Shown: piece after piece, positions 47,032 to 55,848 of the stretch
Numbering within the stretch: position 1 is the first letter of the stretch
How the letters are laid out: each line of letters begins with the position of its first letter
From: a virus
Strand: one strand, 5' to 3'
IMG/VR virus record: IMGVR_UViG_3300027833_000025
Coordinates: 1-64,000 of that record
Length of the DNA: 64,000 bases
The notes under the pieces: generated by a model
Told to the model about the DNA's origin: nothing
Database searches by the model: none
Seen by the model: the letters and a program-made list of their open reading frames with translations, nothing else
Translations under genes and position numbers: made by a program

Positions 47032-49545
47032 ATGGCAATTAACGCAGTAAGACCTCGTGCGACCCTTGATGGTTCACAGCAAGGTATCGTAGATACTACG
47101 ATGCCTGTAACTACTGGTGACATGTTAGTATATGATTCATTAAAGAACATGTACGTACCATCAACGACCTCGGCATTAACACTTGGTAGTTTTAACAATG
47201 ACCTTGGTTTTCTTTCACTAGAGGAAGTTAATGCAGCGATTGATGCCAATGCGGTAGCATCTGTGGGTGGTGTTATTGATCTAGCAGCATACATAAAAAC
47301 AGTAGAAGTAGAAGCATTATTCACTGCATATGTACCTCCTCTAGTAGATTATGCAAACATACTAAACACTCCATCACTAACACCATATGCAACAAGCGTA
47401 TACGTAGATCAACAAATAGCAGCAGTTGACGTATTTAGTGGTGATTATACTGATTTGATTAATAAACCAAGTTTATTCAGTGGTGATTATGCTGATTTGA
47501 CAAGTCAACCAATCATTCCAAGTATCGATGGATTAGCAAGTATTGCATATGTAGATCAACAAATAGCAGCAGTTGTACATCCAGCAACTGATTTATCAGC
47601 ACATGCATTGATAAGCAGTTTGCCAACTGATATAAATGATTTAACAGACACCGATTCATTATTAGTAACCGATCTAACTGAATATTCAACCATTACATAC
47701 GTTGATCAGCAAATTGCAAATGTCAGTGCTGGTAATCTTAGTGAATTCATAACCACATCTTCATTAGCGACTTCATTGGCTGCATATACATTAACTACTG
47801 CGTTATTCAGTGGTAGTTATGATGATTTAACTAACAAACCAGTAGATTTTGTTACAACTGGTTATCTTACGAATACATTGGCTTCTTATCAGCCTATAAC
47901 TGATTTAAGTGTTTATGCATTAACAACTTCATTGTTTAGTGGTGATTATGCAGATTTAACTAATACACCTACATTGTTCAGTGGTGAATTTGCAGATTTG
48001 ATTAATACACCTACCATCTTTAGTGGTAGTTATTCTGACTTGACTAATCAACCAATTATTCCAAGTATCGATGGATTAGCAACGATTGCATCGCTGCCAA
48101 CAGATGTAAGTGACTTAACTGACACCAACAGCCTATTAGGTAGTGGTGGAACAACTAATTACAACAACTTAACTAACAAGCCCACCATACCAACAGATGT
48201 AAGTGACTTAACTGACACCACTAGTTTATTAGGACAAGGCGGAACCACACTTGATGGTCTGTCAAGTGATGTAAACACGAACACACTAACTATAGAAGCA
48301 GGTTGGGACTTAATTCCTGCAACTGACGGATTGCAATCACTTGGTAGTGCCACAAACCGCTTTACAGAAATTTATATCGATGATAGTACCATCAATATCG
48401 GTGGAAATGCCATAGAATCTGATGGTTATGGTAATCTATTATGGAACACAAAACCACTTGCAACACAAGAGTATGTAACAAATGCGATAAGCGTTGCTGA
48501 TTTTGGAACTCTCAGTTCAACATCTGATTTAAATGATGTTGCAATATCTGGTGTATCAACCAACCATATACTTATGTATAACGCATTAAGTTCGATGTGG
48601 GAAAATATAGACTTAGACGTTAGTTGGGCAAGTAAAGATTATGTTACGGCACAATTAGTAGGACTGCAAACAGATGGTGTAATCGACTTAGAAGGCTATG
48701 CAAGTGAATCTTGGGTAACACAAAAATTAGTAGAACGTGGCGATCACTTTAGTGCTGACTACAACGATCTTGTTAACCGACCTACCTTGTTTAGTGGAAA
48801 TTATAACGACTTATCCAATATACCAGCAAGTAGTTTACCAAACTTATCGTTTATATTAACACAGAACGTACTTTCATTAAATAATGGAAATGAAATTGAC
48901 TTATCTACACTTGCATTAGATTACAGCACGTTAGTAAATAGTCCAACAGTCTTCAGTGGTAGTTACAGCGATTTATCTAACGCACCAGTATTGTTCAGTG
49001 GTAATTATTTAGATTTGGCTAATAAGCCTTATATACCAAGTGTTGCGGGATTAGCAACAGAGAGTTATGTTAACAATAAACATGCAGAGCCAGATGTTAT
49101 TGGTGATAGAAATTTCACTAATAATATTGAGTTTAGAGCAGATATTAAGCAAGTAGTATCTGGTGTGTCAACAACAGCACAAAGACGTGACTTAGTGTTT
49201 GCAATAGAGACTACTGATGCAGTGGAAACAGAGGTATCATTTAGTGATAGCACTTACGTTACATTAGCAGATAATACTACTGCTAAGTTTTCTGCTACTT
49301 ATGTTGCTACTAGTGGTACAGCACATGATAGTTTTAAAGTAACTGGTATTGTTCACAAGATGTCAGGAACTATGGTCGCCATTGGAAATAACAGTTATGA
49401 AGTAACACAGGATAGTGATTCAGGATGTACAGGATTTGTATCAGTAGATGTAGCAAATGATAGAATCAAAGTATCAGTACAAGGTCCAGCAGCAACATCA
49501 ACTGATTGGGTTGTATTTTTAGAACTGATAGAGGTCACACGTTAA
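47032..49545 (+). CDS. Long fibre protein with FSGxYxDLxNxP repeats
   Basis: About ten full repeats plus YVDQQIA units; exact internal DNA repeats. Confidence 0.75.
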   Translation: MAINAVRPRATLDGSQQGIVDTTMPVTTGDMLVYDSLKNMYVPSTTSALTLGSFNNDLGFLSLEEVNAAIDANAVASVGGVIDLAAYIKTVEVEALFTAYVPPLVDYANILNTPSLTPYATSVYVDQQIAAVDVFSGDYTDLINKPSLFSGDYADLTSQPIIPSIDGLASIAYVDQQIAAVVHPATDLSAHALISSLPTDINDLTDTDSLLVTDLTEYSTITYVDQQIANVSAGNLSEFITTSSLATSLAAYTLTTALFSGSYDDLTNKPVDFVTTGYLTNTLASYQPITDLSVYALTTSLFSGDYADLTNTPTLFSGEFADLINTPTIFSGSYSDLTNQPIIPSIDGLATIASLPTDVSDLTDTNSLLGSGGTTNYNNLTNKPTIPTDVSDLTDTTSLLGQGGTTLDGLSSDVNTNTLTIEAGWDLIPATDGLQSLGSATNRFTEIYIDDSTINIGGNAIESDGYGNLLWNTKPLATQEYVTNAISVADFGTLSSTSDLNDVAISGVSTNHILMYNALSSMWENIDLDVSWASKDYVTAQLVGLQTDGVIDLEGYASESWVTQKLVERGDHFSADYNDLVNRPTLFSGNYNDLSNIPASSLPNLSFILTQNVLSLNNGNEIDLSTLALDYSTLVNSPTVFSGSYSDLSNAPVLFSGNYLDLANKPYIPSVAGLATESYVNNKHAEPDVIGDRNFTNNIEFRADIKQVVSGVSTTAQRRDLVFAIETTDAVETEVSFSDSTYVTLADNTTAKFSATYVATSGTAHDSFKVTGIVHKMSGTMVAIGNNSYEVTQDSDSGCTGFVSVDVANDRIKVSVQGPAATSTDWVVFLELIEVTR

Positions 49546-49555
49546 TTATTTTACA

Positions 49556-50140
49556 ATAAAAGATAAATACAAATAGTGCAAAAGCACACAAATTAAAATT
49601 AAAGGAGTCAAATTATGACAACTAAAGTAAATGACGTATACGAAGTAGATAGCCAGTTCCTAACAGGTTCACTTGCTCACTTTACAACAACATGCGCAGA
49701 CATGGACGAAGCAGCAGCGGGCGCATATGCTCAAGATGTAGTAGATACAGCAGCAGCAAAGGCAGCAACTATCGCAGCGAAAGCAGCATGGGATGCAGAT
49801 CCAGGCAACGCTGGTTTAGAAACAGCATATGATAATGCAGTAATTGCAGAAGCAGCAGCAGTTGCAGCAGAAGCAGTTACACTAACTGCTCTTAACGAAC
49901 ACAAAGCAGCAGTAAAGCGTGCAGTTCACATTGTAGAAGGACGTGCAACACTTGTTGTTATGGGTGCAGTCGCTACTCCTGATCTTCGTGTAGCAGTTGA
50001 AAACAATGGTACATGGACAGCAGTTTCACTAGCAGCAGAATTAAACGCTGGCTGGGCTGGATCGGCTTGGACAGTAGCAGATTTTGCATACTAAAATTTA
50101 GTATAAAAGATAAATACAATTAGTGCATAAGCACACAAAT
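49556..50140 (+). repeat. Duplicated 38-bp late promoter/leader
   Basis: 49556-49593 and 50103-50140 match at 36/38 positions. Confidence 0.85.
49615..50094 (+). CDS. Ala-rich late protein (putative abundant virion/decoration protein)
   Basis: Own late promoter, AAGGAG RBS, GCA-dominated codons. Confidence 0.7.
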   Translation: MTTKVNDVYEVDSQFLTGSLAHFTTTCADMDEAAAGAYAQDVVDTAAAKAATIAAKAAWDADPGNAGLETAYDNAVIAEAAAVAAEAVTLTALNEHKAAVKRAVHIVEGRATLVVMGAVATPDLRVAVENNGTWTAVSLAAELNAGWAGSAWTVADFAY

Positions 50141-50162
50141 AACAAATTAAGGAGTCATAAAA

Positions 50163-50468
50163 ATGGCAACACGTAACCCAGCAAACGTAATTGAATTCGG
50201 TAAATTCAACTACGGACCAACAATCACAGATTATACAATCACAGCAGCAGCAGATGTTTCAGCAGAAGTTAATCCAGGCGAAGAAATGGAAGCAATTTTA
50301 GAGAGTATCGCAATGCGTGGTACAATTATTGGTCTTTCTGATCACAGCGCAGGTGGAACGGTATTCACCGTATCAGTTGAAGGAAGCGCATGGGCTGATG
50401 CAGCCGCTATGCAAACAGCACTACAGGCATTAGCACTAACAATCGCAGGTGCAATGACAGTAGCATAA
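50163..50468 (+). CDS. Ala-rich late protein, distant paralog of 49615-50094
   Basis: RGTII/RATLV, VSVEG..W/VAVEN..W, TVA ending. Confidence 0.7.
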   Translation: MATRNPANVIEFGKFNYGPTITDYTITAAADVSAEVNPGEEMEAILESIAMRGTIIGLSDHSAGGTVFTVSVEGSAWADAAAMQTALQALALTIAGAMTVA

Positions 50469-50498
50469 GTTTAACATTTAACGTAAGTTAATGTAATT

Positions 50499-50537
50499 AA
50501 AAAACCGAGTATGTTTTCCTGCATGCTTGGTTTTTTT
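50499..50537 (+). terminator. Rho-independent terminator
   Basis: CCGAGTATG / CATGCTTGG stem followed by T7. Confidence 0.75.
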
Positions 50538-50542
50538 ACGGC

Positions 50543-50571
50543 TTGACTTTGTATAAATACTATCATATAAT
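50543..50571 (+). promoter_or_regulatory. Nested sigma70 and late promoters
   Basis: TTGACT-17-TATAAT with TATAAATA (50552-50559) in the spacer. Confidence 0.65.
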
Positions 50572-50584
50572 GGAGAAAGTAAAT

Positions 50585-50914
50585 ATGTCAGATACAGATT
50601 TAAATGAAGATGGAAAAATAAGTATGCTAGAAGCATTTCCATATTGGTTTGATAAATTAAGATTATTTCCAAGAGCATTCATAACTGTTTACATTTATTT
50701 GCTATATGATGTATCACAGTGGTTTATGTTATTAGAAGAGCCTAATATGGCACAAGCAGGATTGGTATCAGTTATAGTAGGCGCAGGCGCAGCATGGTTT
50801 GGTCTATATGTAAACTCTGGTAGCAACCATACAACAACACCAGTACAGGTTGCGACCACGAAGTCATCGCCTCGTTCAGTATCACGTTATTCATCAGACG
50901 AACAAATAGGATAG
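50585..50914 (+). CDS. Two-TM membrane protein (holin-like)
   Basis: Two hydrophobic helices, charged tail, GGAG RBS. Confidence 0.6.
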   Translation: MSDTDLNEDGKISMLEAFPYWFDKLRLFPRAFITVYIYLLYDVSQWFMLLEEPNMAQAGLVSVIVGAGAAWFGLYVNSGSNHTTTPVQVATTKSSPRSVSRYSSDEQIG

Positions 50915-50919
50915 ATATT

Positions 50920-51486
50920 ATGTATTATCAACATCACATTCAATTAAAAACAGCAGAGCCATTAACGCAAGAGCAAGCATTAACTTGGTACAGTGCAGTT
51001 AAAGAATTTTCACCAGTTGAAACAGTATTAAAGTATCAATTAGGTGAAGACCACATAGGTATGGAATATGGTCATTGCGCAGATTGCGATATGACTCATA
51101 CATATGTTATCCCGTTAACACGTGATATTACCGCAGATGAGGCATTGTTTATTGTTAATGTATGGGAGTATCATTTTGATGATGACTTCGATATTGAATT
51201 ATCTAGTCAATATGATGTAGCAGCAATGGGAAATTTTGAGAATTCAATCCACATTGATGAAGATGTAAAAAATCAAGCATTGTTTGATATGAAGAAATGG
51301 CATCACAATAGATGGGTTAGTGAGAAAGTATCTGAAGGTTGGAGACATGGGTCTTACTTTAATTCGGCAGATAAAACTCATCCAGCATTACGAGATTGGG
51401 ATAGTCTTACAGAAACTCATCGTAGATCGCCAGATTTTGATGACAATGAAATATTAGAATGGTTGTCAAAAAGAGGAATTGTTTAA
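50920..51486 (+). CDS. RyR-domain protein
   Basis: HNRWVSEKVSEGWRHG...KTHPALRDWDSL. Confidence 0.8.
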   Translation: MYYQHHIQLKTAEPLTQEQALTWYSAVKEFSPVETVLKYQLGEDHIGMEYGHCADCDMTHTYVIPLTRDITADEALFIVNVWEYHFDDDFDIELSSQYDVAAMGNFENSIHIDEDVKNQALFDMKKWHHNRWVSEKVSEGWRHGSYFNSADKTHPALRDWDSLTETHRRSPDFDDNEILEWLSKRGIV

Positions 51487-51522
51487 TTGACATAAGTGTA
51501 TGATTATGTTATCATATTGGTT

Positions 51523-51867
51523 ATGATAGAATTATTAAATATGCACGTGCACACTATAACAATTGATTCTTGGGATTTACAAAAAAAGATACCTAATGAC
51601 ATCTTGCCTCAAAATATTGAACATTGGATTAACCAAACTGTTGTATATCAGTGGTATCTAGAATCTGATTTAGGTAATTACCTAGCAAATTTATGTGATA
51701 TAGATAATAACGAAATAGATGTTCATAAACAATATAATACACACGAAGACTATATCCACATAAGCGCATGGTTGACACAAGCACAAATCGATAGAATTGA
51801 ATTAGCATTCTTTATTAAGTTGAAAAGAAAAAATCCAAGGAGCAGTAAGTTGTATGAATCATTATGA
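51523..51867 (+). CDS. Hypothetical protein (probable leaderless start)
   Basis: TTGACA(51487)-17-TATCAT, ATG 7 nt downstream. Confidence 0.55.
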   Translation: MIELLNMHVHTITIDSWDLQKKIPNDILPQNIEHWINQTVVYQWYLESDLGNYLANLCDIDNNEIDVHKQYNTHEDYIHISAWLTQAQIDRIELAFFIKLKRKNPRSSKLYESL

Positions 51868-52109
51868 ATAATAAAATACCTACAGTAGAGCAATTAGTGG
51901 AAATCGCACGAGAAGTAGAACTTGAGGATCCTATTGATTGGGAAGAGTTAAATGTAAGTGAAGATTCCGCATACAATCTCATAGCGAATCAAGTATTGTC
52001 AGATCATATGATGCGAAGTCCAGATGATCACGAAGTAGTTTTACTTGCAACTGTTACGAAGTTGATTGTTGAAAATTTCATATTAAACATAAAGTTGTTG
52101 CAGAAATAA
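51864..52109 (+). CDS. Hypothetical protein
   Basis: 81 aa, ATGA overlap. Confidence 0.7.
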   Translation: MNNKIPTVEQLVEIAREVELEDPIDWEELNVSEDSAYNLIANQVLSDHMMRSPDDHEVVLLATVTKLIVENFILNIKLLQK

Positions 52110-52130
52110 CACGGAAGTAGAAGAAATAAC

Positions 52131-52493
52131 ATGGAAGTAGAAGCAGTAATATTGTTCTTGTTAATGTGTAAACATTCAGTTGCAGATTTAGCATTACAGT
52201 CACTTAGAAAACCAACCACAAAGCGACTTTATTTTAATAAAGGATTGCACATACATGCATTAGATCATGCGACACTAACACTAGTCGTATTGGTATTTTT
52301 TATTAATCCATGGCTTGCACTTGCATTTGCTGTATTGGATTATGTAGCACACTGGCACATTGATTGTTTAAAATCAAAACTGCTATGGACATTTGGAATA
52401 CCAAGAGATGGTTCAGTATTTTGGTGCATACAAACATGCGATCAAATATCTCATTATGCAACATATGCATTAATCGTGTATTTAATATGCTAA
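52131..52493 (+). CDS. DUF3307-like membrane protein
   Basis: KH.VAD..LQ, H...H, HWHID..K, DQ..H. Confidence 0.75.
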   Translation: MEVEAVILFLLMCKHSVADLALQSLRKPTTKRLYFNKGLHIHALDHATLTLVVLVFFINPWLALAFAVLDYVAHWHIDCLKSKLLWTFGIPRDGSVFWCIQTCDQISHYATYALIVYLIC

Positions 52494-52903
52494 TTGGATT
52501 TGATTTAGTTAGATGCTTGAGCGACATATTAGAAAAAAAAGTAGAATATAATGACGTGTTACTCGTAATAACATGTGTTGAAATTGATTTTAGAGATGAA
52601 GATCAATGGAATATATTCTGGAAGAGTACGATTGACCCAATACATTTGATGCTGGGCAATAATAGACATAAATTACATCTTCACGATAAATCAGAAGTTC
52701 ACAATTTGATAGATGATTTATTATATGATGGAAAATTAGTAAAACGAGAACGCACACATGTGCTAGATTCAATAAGTAGTCTGCCAGGACATTGGCACGA
52801 TATTATCCCATTAGAAGAACATATGACACCCGCTGTACAAGACGCTTGGAATTATTTTAAGATGCTTGAGGCATTATGTCGCACAGGCAAAAACCCAACT
52901 TAA
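52487..52903 (+). CDS. Hypothetical protein
   Basis: MLIGFDLVRCLSDI start preferred over 52364. Confidence 0.65.
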   Translation: MLIGFDLVRCLSDILEKKVEYNDVLLVITCVEIDFRDEDQWNIFWKSTIDPIHLMLGNNRHKLHLHDKSEVHNLIDDLLYDGKLVKRERTHVLDSISSLPGHWHDIIPLEEHMTPAVQDAWNYFKMLEALCRTGKNPT

Positions 52904-52915
52904 ATTAAACAACAG

Positions 52916-52923
52916 CATAAATA
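52916..52923 (+). promoter_or_regulatory. T4-type late promoter
   Basis: CATAAATA heading the 52954-57366 operon. Confidence 0.7.
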
Positions 52924-52953
52924 CTACTAATATAAATTAATAGAGGTATTTTC

Positions 52954-53178
52954 ATGTCATTAGAAGAAGAAATTGAACAATTAAAGAAATTAGCAGGCAT
53001 ATACGATAAGGATAAAGATATCGTAGATGGTGATGATGAATCTAATATATCAATAACAGGTTCAGAAAAGCGTAAAATTGAACGAGATAATAATATACAG
53101 CCAGGAACACCAGAATGGTTTAAGTTATGGTTTTCGTTGCCAAAAATGACAGGCGAAAAGCCGTTTGAAAAGGAATAG
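52954..53178 (+). CDS. Small late protein with LKKLAGI motif
   Basis: EIEQLKKLAGI; IQPGTPEWFKLWF. Confidence 0.7.
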   Translation: MSLEEEIEQLKKLAGIYDKDKDIVDGDDESNISITGSEKRKIERDNNIQPGTPEWFKLWFSLPKMTGEKPFEKE

Positions 53179-53181
53179 ATT

Positions 53182-54402
53182 ATGAGATTAAATGAATTTG
53201 ATGATTCACTGAGTAGAGCAGACTTAGATGCGTTAGAAGTTTTTGCAGACAAAGTATTTGGTAAAGTAGGCATTGATGTAAACTTCACACGACACTTCTT
53301 AGATAGAGTAAATGACGAGCGCAACATTAAGCAGATCACCAAAGGTGAATTGACTCGCTTGTTCAAGCAAGAAGCAAAACGTTGGGCAAAGCCTATTGCT
53401 AGATTGGGACCAGATGCAGAAGGTACTATGAAGGATTTACAGACACAGATAAATCTACCATTTGTATTAGTATGGGATCATAATAATCAAGAACTTGATT
53501 TGATTGCTAAGACTGTTATGCGCAAAAAAGATTTTAAGACTCATAACACAGAATTTCCAGTAGAATCAATCACCGAAGGCGACTCTGCTCCGGGCGCTGG
53601 TGCTATACATCATTCAGAAATTGCTCCAACTCTACAGAATCTAGAACAGAAATTGGGTATACCTTTAATGAAAAATGCACTAGGTAGTGTTGGCAAAAAA
53701 GAGTTTAGTGGAGACATTGATATTGCAGTGCAACTAACTAAAGAAGAGCAAGATGATTTTCAAAAGAAACTACAATCAACACCTGGACTTACATTTGTGC
53801 AAAAAACAGGTGTATTCATTACAAGTGCCGATATTGTTGGATACGATGATAGTAAGCAAGCAGATGGAAAGCAACGCACTGGCAAAGTACAAATTGACTT
53901 TATGCCGGGCGACATAGACTTCATGAAGCACTACTATCATTCTCCACACTCAAAAGAGATGAGCCAAGATGGTAAAAGTAGTAACTACAAAGGTGTTCAC
54001 CGTAATCTTATGGTTAGTGCAATGATTGACAAAATTGACGTTAAATCAAGTGATGAAACTACACCAGATGGTAGACCACTTGAAATAGAACGCTGGATGT
54101 TCTCACCGACACAGGGCATGGTGCGTGTAATTCGTAGACCAGTAGAAAAGAAGAATGGTACTGGTTATACAAAAGCAAATACTAATGAAGTAATCAAGGG
54201 TCCATTTAAAAATCCAGCAGAGTGGGCAAAAATATTAAAGTTAGACAATGCTGATGATCTATACAGTTTTGAATCGTTATATGCTGCTGCTAAGAAAAAT
54301 TACCCATCAGATTTAGTTCAGAAGGTAGTTAGTGATTTTAAATCTAATCCTACTATTATAAAGCAAGGTATACCAACCGAATTAGAGGAACAAGTAAAAT
54401 GA
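53182..54402 (+). CDS. Two-module protein: BECR-like domain + Pol-beta-family nucleotidyltransferase
   Basis: FTRHFLDR...KTVMRK; ITE-G junction; GSVGKK..SGDID...QIDF. Confidence 0.65.
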   Translation: MRLNEFDDSLSRADLDALEVFADKVFGKVGIDVNFTRHFLDRVNDERNIKQITKGELTRLFKQEAKRWAKPIARLGPDAEGTMKDLQTQINLPFVLVWDHNNQELDLIAKTVMRKKDFKTHNTEFPVESITEGDSAPGAGAIHHSEIAPTLQNLEQKLGIPLMKNALGSVGKKEFSGDIDIAVQLTKEEQDDFQKKLQSTPGLTFVQKTGVFITSADIVGYDDSKQADGKQRTGKVQIDFMPGDIDFMKHYYHSPHSKEMSQDGKSSNYKGVHRNLMVSAMIDKIDVKSSDETTPDGRPLEIERWMFSPTQGMVRVIRRPVEKKNGTGYTKANTNEVIKGPFKNPAEWAKILKLDNADDLYSFESLYAAAKKNYPSDLVQKVVSDFKSNPTIIKQGIPTELEEQVK

Positions 54403-54839
54403 GAATACAAGATTTATATGAAGCAAAAAAGAAGAAAACAAAAAGATTAGATCCTGAATGTTGGGATGGTTATAAAAAAGATGGTACAAAAATAGACAAT
54501 GGTGTTCGTGTAAACAATTGTGTCATAGAGGTTAGTGAAGACGAATACACATACGAAGGTGAATTAAGTATGTTGTATGATGAATTAGAAATCTTAGACG
54601 AAGCAGAATACCAAGGTCGTAAAGTTAAACTAGGCAAGCCTTCACGAGGTGATGTTAAGAAGTTCAAAGTGTATGTAAAGAATGACAAAGGTAACGTAGT
54701 TAAAGTTAACTTTGGTGATCCTGATATGCGCATTAGAAAGTCTAATCCAGCAGCAAGAAAGAGTTTTCGTGCACGTCATAAGTGTGCTGATAAAAAAGAT
54801 AGAACCACAGCAGGATATTGGTCTTGTAAAAAATGGTAA
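54399..54839 (+). CDS. Modular basic head protein
   Basis: MRIQDLYE; CW.GYK...NC module; LDE-AEYQGRKV...YWSCKKW module. Confidence 0.65.
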   Translation: MRIQDLYEAKKKKTKRLDPECWDGYKKDGTKIDNGVRVNNCVIEVSEDEYTYEGELSMLYDELEILDEAEYQGRKVKLGKPSRGDVKKFKVYVKNDKGNVVKVNFGDPDMRIRKSNPAARKSFRARHKCADKKDRTTAGYWSCKKW

Positions 54840-54847
54840 TATAGTAT

Positions 54848-55846
54848 ATGAAAATTAGTGAAATAGTAGAACCAACGAAACTAACATTACCTACGATAGA
54901 AGTAGGTGATGAAGTGCTGGTTGGTAAATTCAAGAACAGTAAAGCAACTGTAAAGGGGTTTACAAAAGATGCTTACAATCAACCTGTAATGAAGACTACA
55001 AAGGGTGATAAGAAGGTATTCAAAGATAGACATAGTAAATTGGTACAAGAAGATCAATCGCCAGCATTGCCAGTTACATCAGTAAAAAATTTATATCATG
55101 TTGGCACATTAGATGCGTCAAAGAAGCGTGATGGATATGAGGGCGCAGGGTTGAGCGTAAGTACCCATCCAGATGATTGGAAAAAGATTGCTAGAGGACA
55201 TGTAACTGGGGATACATATAGTGCTACTAAAGATGGAAACAGATTCCTAAATGCACATGCACTTACAGATTCGCATGACGAAGTAATCAAACAATGGGCA
55301 ATTGAAAATGGATACTTAGAACAGCAAGAAACTGTTACAGTATGTTACTATGATGATGAAATGGAAGATGACCTTTGTTCAACTTTCAATTCAATGGCAG
55401 ATGCAGAATATGAATATGATGGTGAATTAGAACACTATGACGTTGAAGTAGACAAGGGTGGTATTGTTCCAACTGATAAACTGAAAAAAGCAGCAAGACA
55501 GAAACGCATGGAATCAACTGGCGTACTAGACTTTGTTCTACCCTTATATGCAGAGCAAGCAGGACTTGATGGGGTATGGTGGCAAGATACGCTAGATGTA
55601 AGTAGATATTCAGCACCTCGTGGTGTTATTGTTCCTAGCAAAATTGACTCTTGGGAGTTTAAAGTAAACGAATCAATAGTAGAAGATGGTAAGATTGTGC
55701 AAGGTGTTAATACCACAGTAGATGTAAAGCCGGGTGAAACTGAGCGACAAGCAGCAAAGTTCGGAAACAAAATGACAAAGAAAGGTCCGCCTATATTGGG
55801 TGGCAGTTCATCTCATAAATTATTTAATATGGGACTAGGAGAATAA
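54848..55846 (+). CDS. Three-module protein with central ART-like domain
   Basis: MKISEIVE; LYHVG...GLSVS...GLDGV; junctions VQE and VNE/IVE. Confidence 0.55.
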   Translation: MKISEIVEPTKLTLPTIEVGDEVLVGKFKNSKATVKGFTKDAYNQPVMKTTKGDKKVFKDRHSKLVQEDQSPALPVTSVKNLYHVGTLDASKKRDGYEGAGLSVSTHPDDWKKIARGHVTGDTYSATKDGNRFLNAHALTDSHDEVIKQWAIENGYLEQQETVTVCYYDDEMEDDLCSTFNSMADAEYEYDGELEHYDVEVDKGGIVPTDKLKKAARQKRMESTGVLDFVLPLYAEQAGLDGVWWQDTLDVSRYSAPRGVIVPSKIDSWEFKVNESIVEDGKIVQGVNTTVDVKPGETERQAAKFGNKMTKKGPPILGGSSSHKLFNMGLGE

Positions 55847-55848
55847 TA

